DNA from: Candidatus Saccharimonadales bacterium
GTDB taxonomy: Bacteria; Patescibacteriota; Saccharimonadia; UBA4664; SCTI01
Reading direction: 5' to 3'
Length of the DNA: 64,000 nucleotides
Assembly: GCA_035479795.1 (NCBI GenBank)
Contig: DATIII010000002.1
Span: 84,034 to 148,033, forward strand
In this document: positions 10,642-20,803 of the stretch, piece by piece
How the letters are laid out: every line of letters begins with the position of its first letter
How positions within the stretch are numbered: position 1 is the first letter of the stretch
Made by a program: the position numbers and the translations under genes
Notes under the pieces: generated by a model
Database searches by the model: none
Told to the model about the DNA's origin: nothing
Seen by the model: the letters and a program-made list of their open reading frames with translations, nothing else

Positions 10642-11690
10642 GCCTGGACCCTGCCGTACTGGGTTGGCACCAGCACATCTTTGAGCGCGTCCAGATCTTC
10701 GAGCACCAGCCCGGTGCCACGCGCCACGGCCGTCAGTGGATCGTCGGCCACGTGAACCGGCATTTTGGTTTCGCGATGGACCAGCCTATCCAAGCCCTTC
10801 AACAATGCCCCACCGCCAGCCAAAATAATTCCGCGGTCCATGATGTCAGCCACTAGCTCAGGCGGTGTCTCTTCAATAGCTAGCTTAATGGCATCGACAA
10901 TTTCCTTAACACTGCGGCTGAGCGCCCGACGGATTTCTTCATGAGTTACCATTATTTGCTTAGGCAGACCAGTTACCAAATCGCGCCCGCGCATGGCCAC
11001 CGTTGCCTCGCCTTTTATGGGATAGGCCGAGCCGGCCATAATCTTAATATTCTCAGCCGTGCGTTCGCCAATCGACAGGTTATATTCTTCGCGAGCGAAC
11101 TTAATAATGTCTTCGCTCAATTCGTCGCCGGCAATTCGCAGGCTCTTTGAAGCCACAATCCCGCCAAGCGAAATAACCGCTACTTCGGTCGTGCCTCCGC
11201 CAATGTCGACCACCATTGACCCCTCCGCGTCTTGAATCGGCAGGCGGGCCCCAATGGCCGCTGCCATCGGCTCTTCTATCAGGAATGTCCGCCGGGCGCC
11301 AGCGTTCGTAGCGGCATCTTCCACCGCCCGCTTCTCCACCTCGGTCACGCCAGAGGGAATACCAATCACAACTCGAGGTCGCGGAATTAATGTAAACCGC
11401 TGCCGATGAACTTTGTCGATGAAGTATTTCAGCATTTGCTCGGTGACTTCAAAATCGCTAACCACCCCATCCACCAGCGGCCGAGTAGCCACAATGCTAG
11501 CCGGTGTCTTACCTACCATCCGCTTGGCCTCGTCACCTATCGCCAAGACTTGGTTGGTCTTGGAATTAATTGCCACCACGCTGGGCTCATTGATAACAAT
11601 TCCTTGACCGCGCACATACACCAAGGTGTTGGCCGTACCCAGGTCGATACCAATATCGTGCGAAAACCGCCCCAAAATCTGGTTAAACAT
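10638..11690 (-). CDS. mreB: Actin-like MreB
   Basis: DIGIDLGTANTLV, EPMAAAIGA, DIGGGTTEVA. Confidence 0.98.
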   Translation of the reverse strand: MFNQILGRFSHDIGIDLGTANTLVYVRGQGIVINEPSVVAINSKTNQVLAIGDEAKRMVGKTPASIVATRPLVDGVVSDFEVTEQMLKYFIDKVHRQRFTLIPRPRVVIGIPSGVTEVEKRAVEDAATNAGARRTFLIEEPMAAAIGARLPIQDAEGSMVVDIGGGTTEVAVISLGGIVASKSLRIAGDELSEDIIKFAREEYNLSIGERTAENIKIMAGSAYPIKGEATVAMRGRDLVTGLPKQIMVTHEEIRRALSRSVKEIVDAIKLAIEETPPELVADIMDRGIILAGGGALLKGLDRLVHRETKMPVHVADDPLTAVARGTGLVLEDLDALKDVLVPTQYGRVQA

Positions 11691-11792
11691 TACCGTTAGT
11701 TTAACAGGAGTGGAAAGGCCTTACAAAGGTAAAGAATGTGTTCACAAATCGCCCGGTGAGCGCCAGGTTAGCGTATAACTCTTGTGCTCAAG

Positions 11793-13049
11793 TTAGGAAC
11801 TTTTAAGGGGATGTGCGGCCTTATCCAAGCTAAGAAGCTTGATCTCGTCTAGGTGACGGAACTTAAGCTCGGCCGAGTTTTTTTCTAACGTTTTCGGACT
11901 GACAGTTAAGCGCACCGGGCAACCTATCAAATCCGCATCAGCAAACTTACCGCCAGCCGATTCATCACGATCATCATAAAGCACGCTAAAGCCATTTGTT
12001 TGCAGCTGGTCGTAAAGCTTGTCAGCGGCGGCCACAACCTTGGCATCTTCGCCGATGCGTACGAGCGAAACCTGAGCTGGGGCGACTGACTCTGGCCAGG
12101 CCAGACCCTTATCGTCTGCAAAAAATTCGGCCAACACACCAACAAGTCGACTAACACCGATCCCATACGAACCCATGATCATTGGGTGCTGCTTGCCATG
12201 TTCGTCGGTAAAGACCGCGCCTAGAGGCTCAGAAAACTTGGTGGCTAGCGGGAAAATATTACCCACCTCGGCGGCTTTTACTTTGCGCAAGTCGGCCTTC
12301 TTAACACCAAGCTCTTTCAAGACAGCTTCGTCATTAATAATTTCTTCGTTAATGGCCACCTTTTGCTTATCGTCGATGTAAATAATGTCCTCGCCCACCT
12401 CTAAAACTGTCTGGAACTCGTGCGAATACTTCGAGAACATGCCACCTGAAGCATAAGTGTAGTAGGTGTTGTGGCCAAGGCCGAGTCGAATGTAGACATT
12501 CTCGTAGGCCTCCCGAGACTTTTGGTAAAACTTATCGTGCTGCTGCTGATCGACAGAGAAGGAATATAGGTCCTTCATGTAAAATTCGCGGCAACGCATG
12601 ATGCCACTCTTAGCGCGCAGCTCGTTGCGCATCTTCCACTGGAATTGATAAGTATAAATTGGGAGGTCTTTGTACGAATTGGCATAACGGCTGACGATGC
12701 GCGTCATCGGCTCTTCATGAGTTGGCGCTAGGCCAATTTCGACCTCGTTCTGCAAGGCTGTTTTAAACCACACATCAACTTCATCGTGGCTCCAGCGCCC
12801 GGTTTTTTCCCAAATATCCTTAGGTTGGAGCGTTGTCATCTGAAGCTCTTGGCCACCGATCTTATCCATCTCTTCACGAACTATTTGCTCGATATTCTTG
12901 AGCACCTTCAAACCGAGTGGTAGAAAGGTATAAACTCCCGCCATTTCTTTATGAATAAACCCAGCACGCAGTAGCAATTGGGCACCCTTGGAGGTCTCAT
13001 CCTTGGGTGTTTCCTTAGTGGTTTTAGTAAAAAGTTGGGACAGTCTCAT
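11793..13049 (-). CDS. proS: Proline--tRNA ligase (short, no editing insertion)
   Basis: MRLSQLF, APTHEE, REFYMKDLYSF, EVGNIF, MGSYGIGVSR. Confidence 0.96.
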   Translation of the reverse strand: MRLSQLFTKTTKETPKDETSKGAQLLLRAGFIHKEMAGVYTFLPLGLKVLKNIEQIVREEMDKIGGQELQMTTLQPKDIWEKTGRWSHDEVDVWFKTALQNEVEIGLAPTHEEPMTRIVSRYANSYKDLPIYTYQFQWKMRNELRAKSGIMRCREFYMKDLYSFSVDQQQHDKFYQKSREAYENVYIRLGLGHNTYYTYASGGMFSKYSHEFQTVLEVGEDIIYIDDKQKVAINEEIINDEAVLKELGVKKADLRKVKAAEVGNIFPLATKFSEPLGAVFTDEHGKQHPMIMGSYGIGVSRLVGVLAEFFADDKGLAWPESVAPAQVSLVRIGEDAKVVAAADKLYDQLQTNGFSVLYDDRDESAGGKFADADLIGCPVRLTVSPKTLEKNSAELKFRHLDEIKLLSLDKAAHPLKSS

Positions 13050-13768
13050 TTATTTATAGCCGTGTAGGCGATGTAGTTATTTAGCATATGGAGTGCGATT
13101 CCGGGGATTATTGACCCAAGGCGCACGTACAAGAAACATAATAGCAAGCCGAGTATGAAGGTGTATACGTCGACATTGGCTTGCAAATGGGCAAAACCAA
13201 ACAGCAGGCTGGAAATAATGGCGCCGCCGGCCAGGCCGAACCGCTTAGCGAAGGCCGGGAACATAAATCCCCGGAACACCGGCTCCTCCACCAGCGGCGG
13301 GATAATTACCAGCGCCAGCAGGCTGATTGGCTGGAGGCCAGAGGGGACATTTATAAACTCATTTGATTGAGGCTGGTTGGCATTAAATCCGGGACTAAGA
13401 AATGTCAGAACCGTATAAACAACCCCAATTAGCACTGAGAAAAAGATCATTATTAAAAGTACGTTCCACAGGGCGCGCCAAAAACTAAACGGCCTCAGAC
13501 CGAGCGAGCGAAGAGTGACTCGGTATTTGCGCAAATAATATCCAATTATGAAGTAGGATGCCGCCAGATCAAGCAGGACGATAGCAAAACTGGCGACCGG
13601 GTCACCTGCGTCATAGGCCTGCAGCCAAACCTGAGCCGTCGGAAAAGCCGGCTCGAGGACCTTCAGCCAAACCACTACGGCCAGGGGTAGTAAAACCCAC
13701 GGAACCAGGAAAACGGCCAGGGCCTGGCGGATATTCCAAGGCACCGAGAGAATACGTTGGAAATACAT
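13046..13768 (-). CDS. CPBP (CAAX/Abi) intramembrane metalloprotease
   Basis: PLVEEPVFRG, FGFAH and HMLNN motifs. Multi-TM. Confidence 0.9.
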   Translation of the reverse strand: MYFQRILSVPWNIRQALAVFLVPWVLLPLAVVVWLKVLEPAFPTAQVWLQAYDAGDPVASFAIVLLDLAASYFIIGYYLRKYRVTLRSLGLRPFSFWRALWNVLLIMIFFSVLIGVVYTVLTFLSPGFNANQPQSNEFINVPSGLQPISLLALVIIPPLVEEPVFRGFMFPAFAKRFGLAGGAIISSLLFGFAHLQANVDVYTFILGLLLCFLYVRLGSIIPGIALHMLNNYIAYTAINK

Positions 13769-14844
13769 TAGTTTAGCCTGGCAATATCAAAGGCCGTAAC
13801 GACGACCATGAGCAGAATCAGCGCCACAAATCCAGCGGCATGGATCGCGGTTTCTACCCGTTCGCTTAAAGTCTTGCCACTGATGGCTTGGGCCAAGGCC
13901 ATAACCCAGCGGCCGCCATCGAGTGCCGGCAGTGGTAGAGCATTAATAACCGCCAAAGACAGTGAAATTGAGGCGACAAAGGTAAGCACATAGGCCAGGC
14001 CGAGGTTCACAATGTTGCTTAAGATAACCACAATACCGACTGGCCCCGCCACTTGATCGCTCACCTGCCCGTGAATAAACAGCCCGGCTATCAAACCGCC
14101 AAATGCCAGCAAAGTCCCGATAATTAGCTGCCAGAGCAAGCCGGCCGACACAATTAATGAGTCGACGAATCCGTATTTTAGTTTATAAGTTTGTAATGGC
14201 GTCACACCCAAGAACCCTTGCTTACTGTCTGCCGGGCGTAGCAGAGTGTGGATGGTCCGGCGCTGACCATGGCGATCGACATCAATCGTCACCGACCGCC
14301 CTGCATGGCTTTTGGTAAAGTTCAATAAATCACTTTCCGAGGACAGCTTCTGCCCGTCGGCTTCGAGCAAAATGTCACCTCTCTTTATATCGTTTCTATC
14401 CGCCGGGCTATCAGGTTCGACAGCCACTACCATAACTTGCTTCGGCTGGGCGTAACTGGCCTGGCCGAAAGCGAACTGTTTATCAATCAACGGCGGCAGA
14501 CCGGTAAGACACAGATAAACCAAGATTAAGTAGGCAACAAGGGCGTTCATCGTCACTCCGGCCAGCAAGATCTTGGTCTTGGCCCAAAAACTGGCAGCCC
14601 CAAAGCTGCCTTCTGTCCCATCGGTTAGATTTTCGCCTTTCAGCCGGACGAAGCCACCCAGCGGAATCCAGTTAATGGAATATTTTGTCCGGCCGACTTG
14701 ACGCCCGTACAGTAGCGGCGGGAAGCCAAAGCCAAACTCTTCAACTTCCACTCCATTACGTCGCGCCGCCACAAAGTGCCCTAGTTCGTGGACAAAAACC
14801 AGCAGGCCGAATATCAAAATAACCAGCAGGATAATAGAAATCAT
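13768..14844 (-). CDS. rseP: RIP metalloprotease RseP (M50)
   Basis: HELGHF, a PDZ domain, and NALPLPALDGG. Confidence 0.93.
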   Translation of the reverse strand: MISIILLVILIFGLLVFVHELGHFVAARRNGVEVEEFGFGFPPLLYGRQVGRTKYSINWIPLGGFVRLKGENLTDGTEGSFGAASFWAKTKILLAGVTMNALVAYLILVYLCLTGLPPLIDKQFAFGQASYAQPKQVMVVAVEPDSPADRNDIKRGDILLEADGQKLSSESDLLNFTKSHAGRSVTIDVDRHGQRRTIHTLLRPADSKQGFLGVTPLQTYKLKYGFVDSLIVSAGLLWQLIIGTLLAFGGLIAGLFIHGQVSDQVAGPVGIVVILSNIVNLGLAYVLTFVASISLSLAVINALPLPALDGGRWVMALAQAISGKTLSERVETAIHAAGFVALILLMVVVTAFDIARLN

Positions 14845-14862
14845 TAGAACTATTATAGCGGA

Positions 14863-15546
14863 TTACTGGCCGAAGCGGCGCCCGCGATTGGCGTACTCGG
14901 CTAAGGCTTTATCCAACTCGGCCTCATCAAACTCCGGCCAGAGTGTATCGGTAAAGTACAGTTCACTGTAGGCGCCTTCCCAAGGCAAGAAGTTACTCAA
15001 GCGTTGTTCGCCCGAAGTGCGAATAATCAGGTCCGGATCGGGAGTGCCGGCCGAGACTAAATAATTGGCGAAGGCTTCCTCATCCACGGCCTTGACTCCG
15101 CTTTCTAGCGTACGATTTACCGCCGCCACAATGTCGGCCCTACCGCCGTAATTAAAGCAGATATTAAAGGTGGCATTTGCGTTGTGGTGAGTCAATTTCT
15201 CGGCCTCATTAAGAGCTGCTGCCAAGCCACCTGGCAGATCGTCGCGGCGGCCCCAGAAATTCAAGCGCACACCCCTTTTGTGATAATGTTTGACCTCGTT
15301 TTTCAAGCCCCACTCGAGCAGCTTCAAGAGCGCGCCAACTTCGTCCCTGGTGCGCTGCCAGTTCTCGGTAGAAAATGCATAGACGGTCAAAGTGGTGATG
15401 CCCCGCTCAACAGCGGCATCGGCCATCTTCTTTAACGTTTCGTAGCCAGCTTTGTGAGCCTCGACCACACCCAAACCTTTAGATTTAGCCCAACGGCGGT
15501 TACCGTCGGGAATAATTGCGACATGATTTGGCACTGCGCTGCTCAT
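14863..15546 (-). CDS. uppS: Undecaprenyl/polyprenyl diphosphate synthase
   Basis: HVAIIPDGNRRWA, YAFSTENW, IRTSGEQRLSNF. Confidence 0.97.
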   Translation of the reverse strand: MSSAVPNHVAIIPDGNRRWAKSKGLGVVEAHKAGYETLKKMADAAVERGITTLTVYAFSTENWQRTRDEVGALLKLLEWGLKNEVKHYHKRGVRLNFWGRRDDLPGGLAAALNEAEKLTHHNANATFNICFNYGGRADIVAAVNRTLESGVKAVDEEAFANYLVSAGTPDPDLIIRTSGEQRLSNFLPWEGAYSELYFTDTLWPEFDEAELDKALAEYANRGRRFGQ

Positions 15547-15555
15547 AATGACTCT

Positions 15556-15588
15556 AGATTGCCACGTCGCCGCGCTCCTCGCAATGAC
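15556..15588. repeat. Half copy of a GTCATTGCGAG...GCAATC palindromic (RPE/REP-like) element
   Basis: AGATTGCCACG-TCGCCGCGCTC-CTCGCAATGAC resembles, from memory, a widespread palindromic repeat family. Confidence 0.5.
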
Positions 15589-15592
15589 AAAT

Positions 15593-15623
15593 CTAAATCC
15601 TGAATCCTAGATCCTAAATCCTG
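15593..15623. repeat. Heptamer tandem repeat
   Basis: CTAAATC CTGAATC CTAGATC CTAAATC CTG. Confidence 0.75.
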
Positions 15624-15624
15624 T

Positions 15625-16182
15625 TTAGACCGTCATGATTTCGGCCTCTTTGGCCTTGGCAACTTCGTCGATCTGCTTTTTATAAGTATCAATCTTCTTG
15701 TTCAGCTCGGTTTCGGCAAACTTTACATCGTCCTGAGTAGCTTCCTTGGCCTTCTCCAGCTTCTTCACTTCGTTCAAGATATCGTGGCGGATGTTGCGCA
15801 GCGAGATGTTAGCGTTTTCCACCTTGGCTCCGAGATCTTTAACAATCTCGCGCCGACGCTCTTCAGTCATCGGAGGCACATTCAGGCGCACCACATTACC
15901 GTCACTGGACGGATTGAGGCCTAGCGACTGGGTTTCACGGATAAGCTTTTCAATCGGAGCTACATTGTTTTTGTCCCACGGGCTGATCATGATCGTCCGG
16001 GCATCGGGAGTGGTAATGGTGGCCACAGCCTTGAGTGGCTGCTGGGCGCCCCAAACTTCCAGGCTCAAATTCTCAACCAGTGAGGTCGAGGCCCGGCCGG
16101 TGCGCAGACTACGCAAGTCTTCGCGCAGGTGCTCGACCGCCTTGTCCATCCGCCCGTTCGCACTGTCGACCAGTGGGCGCAT
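15625..16182 (-). CDS. frr: Ribosome recycling factor
   Basis: LRTGRAS, LGLNPSSDG, PPMTEERR. Start set at ATG 16182, just after the tsf stop. Confidence 0.96.
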   Translation of the reverse strand: MRPLVDSANGRMDKAVEHLREDLRSLRTGRASTSLVENLSLEVWGAQQPLKAVATITTPDARTIMISPWDKNNVAPIEKLIRETQSLGLNPSSDGNVVRLNVPPMTEERRREIVKDLGAKVENANISLRNIRHDILNEVKKLEKAKEATQDDVKFAETELNKKIDTYKKQIDEVAKAKEAEIMTV

Positions 16183-16183
16183 G

Positions 16184-16789
16184 TTAAGAGCTAGCTCCCA
16201 GCTCGAGACGGGAAAATTGCCTAATAACCACGTTCTCACCCACCTTGGCGCTGACTTCAGTAGTTAAAGCTTCAATGGTTTTGTCCGGGTCCTTCACAAA
16301 CGGCTGCCGACTCAAGCAAACGGTCTCATAATACTTATCAATCTTGCCATTCACAATCTTGAGCTTGATGTCATCGGGCTTTTCGCCGGCTGGCGAATTG
16401 ACAAGCTCGCCATAAAACATTTCCTTTTCCTTCGAAACCACATCCTCAGGAACACTCTCTGGATTTAAATATTCAGGATCGGTCGCCGCAATGTGCATGG
16501 CAATGTCTTTAGCAAAGTTTTTGAAGTCTTCCGTCCGCGCCACAAAGTCGGTTTCGCAGTTAACCTCTACCAACACACCAATCTTTTCACCGTGGACGTA
16601 GGAGGCCACGACGCCGTTACGAGCCTCGCGGTCGGCACGTTTGGCCGCCTGGGCGGCACCCTTTTTACGCAGTACTTCCATGGCCTGCTCCATGTTGCCA
16701 TCAGTTTCCACTAAGGCCTTTTTGGCATCCATCATGCCAGCGCCGGTGCGCTCACGCAGAGTTTTAACGTCTTCGATTGTAAAGCTCAT
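16184..16789 (-). CDS. tsf: Elongation factor Ts (short form)
   Basis: LRERTGAGMMDAKKAL, EVNCETDFVA. Confidence 0.98.
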   Translation of the reverse strand: MSFTIEDVKTLRERTGAGMMDAKKALVETDGNMEQAMEVLRKKGAAQAAKRADREARNGVVASYVHGEKIGVLVEVNCETDFVARTEDFKNFAKDIAMHIAATDPEYLNPESVPEDVVSKEKEMFYGELVNSPAGEKPDDIKLKIVNGKIDKYYETVCLSRQPFVKDPDKTIEALTTEVSAKVGENVVIRQFSRLELGASS

Positions 16790-17538
16790 TACTTTCCCTC
16801 TTTTTCGTTTTCTTGGTCTTCAGAAATTTTCTCTTCATGCGCCTTTTTAGCATACTCGGCAGCGCCACCTGTAGCGGCTTCGGCAATGGCATGGGTAATT
16901 ACGCGGATCGACTTAATAGCGTCGTCGTTAGCTGGGATCGGATAGGTAATCATATCCGGGTCCGCATTGGTATCGGCCACCCCAATAACCGGGATGCCCA
17001 GTGTCCGGGCCTCGTTAATGGCAATGTCGTCACGAACGGCGTCCACTACAAACACAGCGGCCGGGGCCTCGTCCATATTCTTAATGCCACCGAAGATCCG
17101 ATTCAGGTCTTTGGCTTCGTTAGAAAGATCCAGCACTTCCTTTTTGTTGTACTTAGAAGCAAAGTCGCCGCTTTCTAATCCGGACTCAAGATCCTTGAGC
17201 CGGCGGACACGGGTTTGGATAGTGCGGAAGTTGGTCAGCATGCCGCCTAGCCAACGCTCGGTAACGTAAGGCATACCAGCCTTTTCGGCCTCGTCTTTAA
17301 TAATCGACTGGGCCTGGCGCTTGGTGCCGACAAACAAGATCTTTCCGCCATCAGCCGTAACGGCGTGGGCGAACTTAACCGCATCTTGCAGGTAATTGAT
17401 CGTCTTGGTCAGGTCAATAATGTGGACGCCACCACGAATACCAAAAATGAACTGGTTCATTTTAGGGTTCCAACGCCGGGTTTGGTGGCCAAAGTGCGAG
17501 CCGGCCTCCAATAGCTCTTTTACAGATGTATCTGCCAT
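16789..17538 (-). CDS. rpsB: 30S ribosomal protein S2
   Basis: LLEAGSHFGHQTRRWNPKM, RWLGGMLTNF, PANDDA. Confidence 0.98.
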   Translation of the reverse strand: MADTSVKELLEAGSHFGHQTRRWNPKMNQFIFGIRGGVHIIDLTKTINYLQDAVKFAHAVTADGGKILFVGTKRQAQSIIKDEAEKAGMPYVTERWLGGMLTNFRTIQTRVRRLKDLESGLESGDFASKYNKKEVLDLSNEAKDLNRIFGGIKNMDEAPAAVFVVDAVRDDIAINEARTLGIPVIGVADTNADPDMITYPIPANDDAIKSIRVITHAIAEAATGGAAEYAKKAHEEKISEDQENEKEGK

Positions 17539-17701
17539 ATGTCTCCTTTTACTTCATCTCGACTGCCCAGTTGGGAGGATTTATTGCCAAGACTGATTCG
17601 TTCATTGATTTGACCTTGGTACTTTAACAGATTAGAACAGGTTGCACAAGTACCGCTTCAGGAGTATTATCACGGGGCTTACAAGTGCACCTGGAGGAGA
17701 A

Positions 17702-18046
17702 ATGAAACAGTTGGAAGTTTGCCGCGTCTACGTTGACGCGCATGTAGCTGGCTGCCAGGTCGTCGTCAACCCCGGAGAAGAGAACCTGAAGGTCCTTGAG
17801 CCGAGCAGACTCTTCCCCATTGGGCTCAACCGCTACTTGGCATGGGAAACCGCTGATCACGACGACGACACCGGAGAAGCGTGGGTCTACGTATTTCACC
17901 ACCGCTACGACCATGATGGCGACGAGTGGCTGGTCCATGAAAACTCTCTCCGCGTCGTCGATGAGGATGCCAAGTTCCAGCTCTTCTACGACTGGGACCC
18001 TGGCTGCGCGATCAGCGAGAATCCAAACTGGAAGCGCCTTAGCTGA
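17702..18046 (+). CDS. Hypothetical protein (paralog A of a tandem pair)
   Basis: GGAGG SD before ATG 17702. TTGCAC-17-TATTAT promoter at 17642-17670. C/G-ending codons. Confidence 0.75.
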   Translation: MKQLEVCRVYVDAHVAGCQVVVNPGEENLKVLEPSRLFPIGLNRYLAWETADHDDDTGEAWVYVFHHRYDHDGDEWLVHENSLRVVDEDAKFQLFYDWDPGCAISENPNWKRLS

Positions 18047-18073
18047 CATTCATACAACCAAGAAAGGACCGTC

Positions 18074-18433
18074 TTGCGCTATTTCTGGCTTTGCAGGGTA
18101 AGCGTGCTCTTCGACCCGCCCAAGGGCATTGGCCCGCACGTGATGTTTGCAACCGGACAGCCGTCCGACTACGACGACGGTCCGGCCCTCCCCGAGCGCT
18201 CCATCCTGCCGGTCGGAGGAGACAACTACGTGGCCTGGGACTTCAACGACCTGGGCGCCGGCCTGGTACTGTTCAATCTGGTACTTGCGGCCGGTCAAGA
18301 CCCGCGAGTACATGCCGGGCCGATCGTAACCCAAGACGGTGAGTTCGAACTGGTGCTCGGCCAGCACACCCCTGTCGGCGGCCGGCAAAACTCCAACCTG
18401 CGCCGGCCCGAGTGGCGGGTTGTTGATGAATGA
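18074..18433 (+). CDS. Hypothetical protein (paralog B of a tandem pair)
   Basis: AAAGGA SD before a TTG start. Shares motifs with 17702..18046. Confidence 0.72.
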   Translation: MRYFWLCRVSVLFDPPKGIGPHVMFATGQPSDYDDGPALPERSILPVGGDNYVAWDFNDLGAGLVLFNLVLAAGQDPRVHAGPIVTQDGEFELVLGQHTPVGGRQNSNLRRPEWRVVDE

Positions 18434-18439
18434 CCACGC

Positions 18440-18471
18440 CCCCGCGGCCCCCCGCTGCGGGGGCCGCGGGG
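18440..18471. terminator. Very GC-rich 13-bp hairpin ending the orphan operon
   Basis: CCCCGCGGCCCCC-CGCTGC-GGGGGCCGCGGGG. Weak U-tract. Confidence 0.55.
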
Positions 18472-18489
18472 TTCAGCCGATCACATGGC

Positions 18490-18518
18490 TTGATAGATCT
18501 GTAATTATCTGCTATATT
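18490..18518 (+). promoter_or_regulatory. Sigma70-type promoter of rpmE
   Basis: TTGATA-17 bp-TATATT with extended TG, 9 nt before the ATG. Confidence 0.6.
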
Positions 18519-18527
18519 GGTTCGGTT

Positions 18528-18902
18528 ATGAAAACCGGAATTCACCCCGAATTGAAGACCACCAAAGTCCACTGCAACGGCTGCGGCACTGATTTTGAAA
18601 CGGCCGCCACTGTGGATTCTATTACCGTGGAAATTTGCTCTAACTGTCATCCGTTCTACACGGGTAAGCAGAAGCTGGTTGATACCGCTGGTCGGGTTGA
18701 GAAGTTCCGAGCTCGGGCCGAGGCCGCTTCTAAGGCTAAGTCAGCCAAAAAGGCCAAGCCAGCCAAAAATGAAGATGCCGAAGTCGTAGAAGACAACAAG
18801 CCAGCCAATGATCCGGAAATGAAAGAAATTGCCCAGGAGTTCAAGGCTGAAACAGTAGACATGCCAGCAGCTGATTCTGACGCCGAAACTACTGAATCTT
18901 AA
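18528..18902 (+). CDS. rpmE: 50S ribosomal protein L31 (Zn-binding type, long C-terminal tail)
   Basis: [38 protein letters not shown]. Confidence 0.96.
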   Translation: MKTGIHPELKTTKVHCNGCGTDFETAATVDSITVEICSNCHPFYTGKQKLVDTAGRVEKFRARAEAASKAKSAKKAKPAKNEDAEVVEDNKPANDPEMKEIAQEFKAETVDMPAADSDAETTES

Positions 18903-18956
18903 CTAATTCACAAGGAAACGCTCTGATACAATTGTCATGAGCGTTTTTTGTTACTT

Positions 18957-20003
18957 ATGGACCAAACCGAGCAAAAAATTCGAGGCGAATACGGCGAACT
19001 GCAGGCCAAGCTGGCCGATAGTTCGATTTTTGGCACACCCGAGTACGCTAAAACCGCCAAGCGCCAGGCCGAGTTGCAGCCACTGGTTGATTTATATGAC
19101 CAGCGAGCACAATTAGAGAACGATTTAGAGGCTTTGATGGACCCAGACCTGGCCGATCTAGCTGCCGTTGAGACACCGGTGCTGGAGTCTAAATTAATTG
19201 AAACACAAGAAAAGCTGCGTCTGGCCTTGGTGCCGAAAGATCCCAATGATTCAAAGGATATAATTGTGGAAATTCGGGCTGGTGCTGGTGGTGATGAATC
19301 CAGCCTGTTTGCCGGCGAGCTCTACCGTATGTATATGCGGCACGGCGAAACCAAGGGCTGGAAGGTGGAAATTGACTCTGAAAGCCCTAGCGATGTCGGC
19401 GGCTATAAAGAAATCATTTTTGAGGTTCATGGCTCTAATGTCTACGAAGACATGAAGTATGAATCTGGCGTGCATCGCGTCCAGCGGGTGCCAGCTACCG
19501 AGAGCCAAGGCCGAGTCCACACCTCCACCGTCACGGTCGCTGTACTCCCGGAAGCCGAAGAGACCGAGCTGGAGATTGCCGATGGCGATCTGCGGATTGA
19601 TGTTTTCCGTAGTGGCGGCCACGGTGGCCAGAGCGTTAACACCACCGATTCAGCAGTGCGCATTACTCACCTACCGACTGGACTCGTTGTCACCTGCCAG
19701 GATGAGAAAAGCCAACTTAAAAACAAACTCAAGGCCATGGGTGTATTGCGGGCGCGGCTACTGGCGATCAAAGCGGAGCAGGAGCAGAAAGAAAACCGCG
19801 AGGCCCGGCTGGCCCAAATTGGCTCGGGTGATCGCAGCGAAAAAATTCGCACCTACAATTTCCCCCAAGACCGCATTACCGACCACCGTATCGGCCGTAG
19901 CCAGCATGGCTTGCCCCAGTACATGGCCGGTGACATTGGCGACATGATTGAAGCGCTAAAGGCCGAGGATCTTAAGCGCAAACTCGAGACGGCAGCGGCG
20001 TGA
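18957..20003 (+). CDS. prfA: Peptide chain release factor 1
   Basis: [14 protein letters not shown] (PxT), [16 protein letters not shown]. Confidence 0.97.
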   Translation: MDQTEQKIRGEYGELQAKLADSSIFGTPEYAKTAKRQAELQPLVDLYDQRAQLENDLEALMDPDLADLAAVETPVLESKLIETQEKLRLALVPKDPNDSKDIIVEIRAGAGGDESSLFAGELYRMYMRHGETKGWKVEIDSESPSDVGGYKEIIFEVHGSNVYEDMKYESGVHRVQRVPATESQGRVHTSTVTVAVLPEAEETELEIADGDLRIDVFRSGGHGGQSVNTTDSAVRITHLPTGLVVTCQDEKSQLKNKLKAMGVLRARLLAIKAEQEQKENREARLAQIGSGDRSEKIRTYNFPQDRITDHRIGRSQHGLPQYMAGDIGDMIEALKAEDLKRKLETAAA

Positions 20004-20803
20004 CGATAGCCGAGGCCAAGCGACACGGCGAGCAAGTATTAGGCCGGGCCGGAATTGAGAGTAAGCGCATTGATACTTCGCTGCTGCTGGAAAAAGTTAG
20101 CGGCAAAAAGCGCACTTGGCTGTTCGCCCACCTTGAGGATAATCTGGACGACGACCAAGCTAAAAAATTTATCGATCTAATAAATGAACGGTCTAAGCGG
20201 CGACCACTGGTCCACCTAACAAATGCCCGTGAATTTTATGGTCTGGATTTTTATATTAATGAGTTTGTACTGACACCAAGGGTTGAAACCGAACAGATGG
20301 TTGGATGGGCTATTAAATATGCCCCTAAAAATTCCCATCTAATCGATATAGGAACGGGATCAGGCGCCCTTGCCATTGCGATTAAGAAACACCGGCCGGA
20401 TCTAAATGTCACCGCCACCGATGTAACCGATGAGGCGTTAGCAGTCGCTAAGAAAAATGCGAAGATTCATAAAGTCGACATTAGCTTCATCAAAAGCGAT
20501 CTTTGGACCAATGTCGAAGGCAAATTTGGAACCATTGTTACCAATCTTCCATATCTAAAAGACGATGCCGACCTAATGCCAGAAGTTAAGCACGAACCAG
20601 ATATTGCGCTATTTGGCGGGGCCGACGGATTAGACATTTACCGCCGGTTCTTAGAAAAACTTCCGGATCACCTGGCCGAAAATGGCTATCTATTCACTGA
20701 ATGTGATCCCTGGCAGCAGGCAGATCTGATCGCCGAAGCCGCCAAGGCTGGCCTAAAGCCAATCGAGCAGAGTTACTTTATTTTGGGCTTTCGAAGCGTT
20801 TAA
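20000..20803 (+). CDS. prmC: Release factor glutamine methyltransferase PrmC/HemK
   Basis: [19 protein letters not shown]. Overlaps the prfA stop. Confidence 0.93.
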   Translation: MTIAEAKRHGEQVLGRAGIESKRIDTSLLLEKVSGKKRTWLFAHLEDNLDDDQAKKFIDLINERSKRRPLVHLTNAREFYGLDFYINEFVLTPRVETEQMVGWAIKYAPKNSHLIDIGTGSGALAIAIKKHRPDLNVTATDVTDEALAVAKKNAKIHKVDISFIKSDLWTNVEGKFGTIVTNLPYLKDDADLMPEVKHEPDIALFGGADGLDIYRRFLEKLPDHLAENGYLFTECDPWQQADLIAEAAKAGLKPIEQSYFILGFRSV

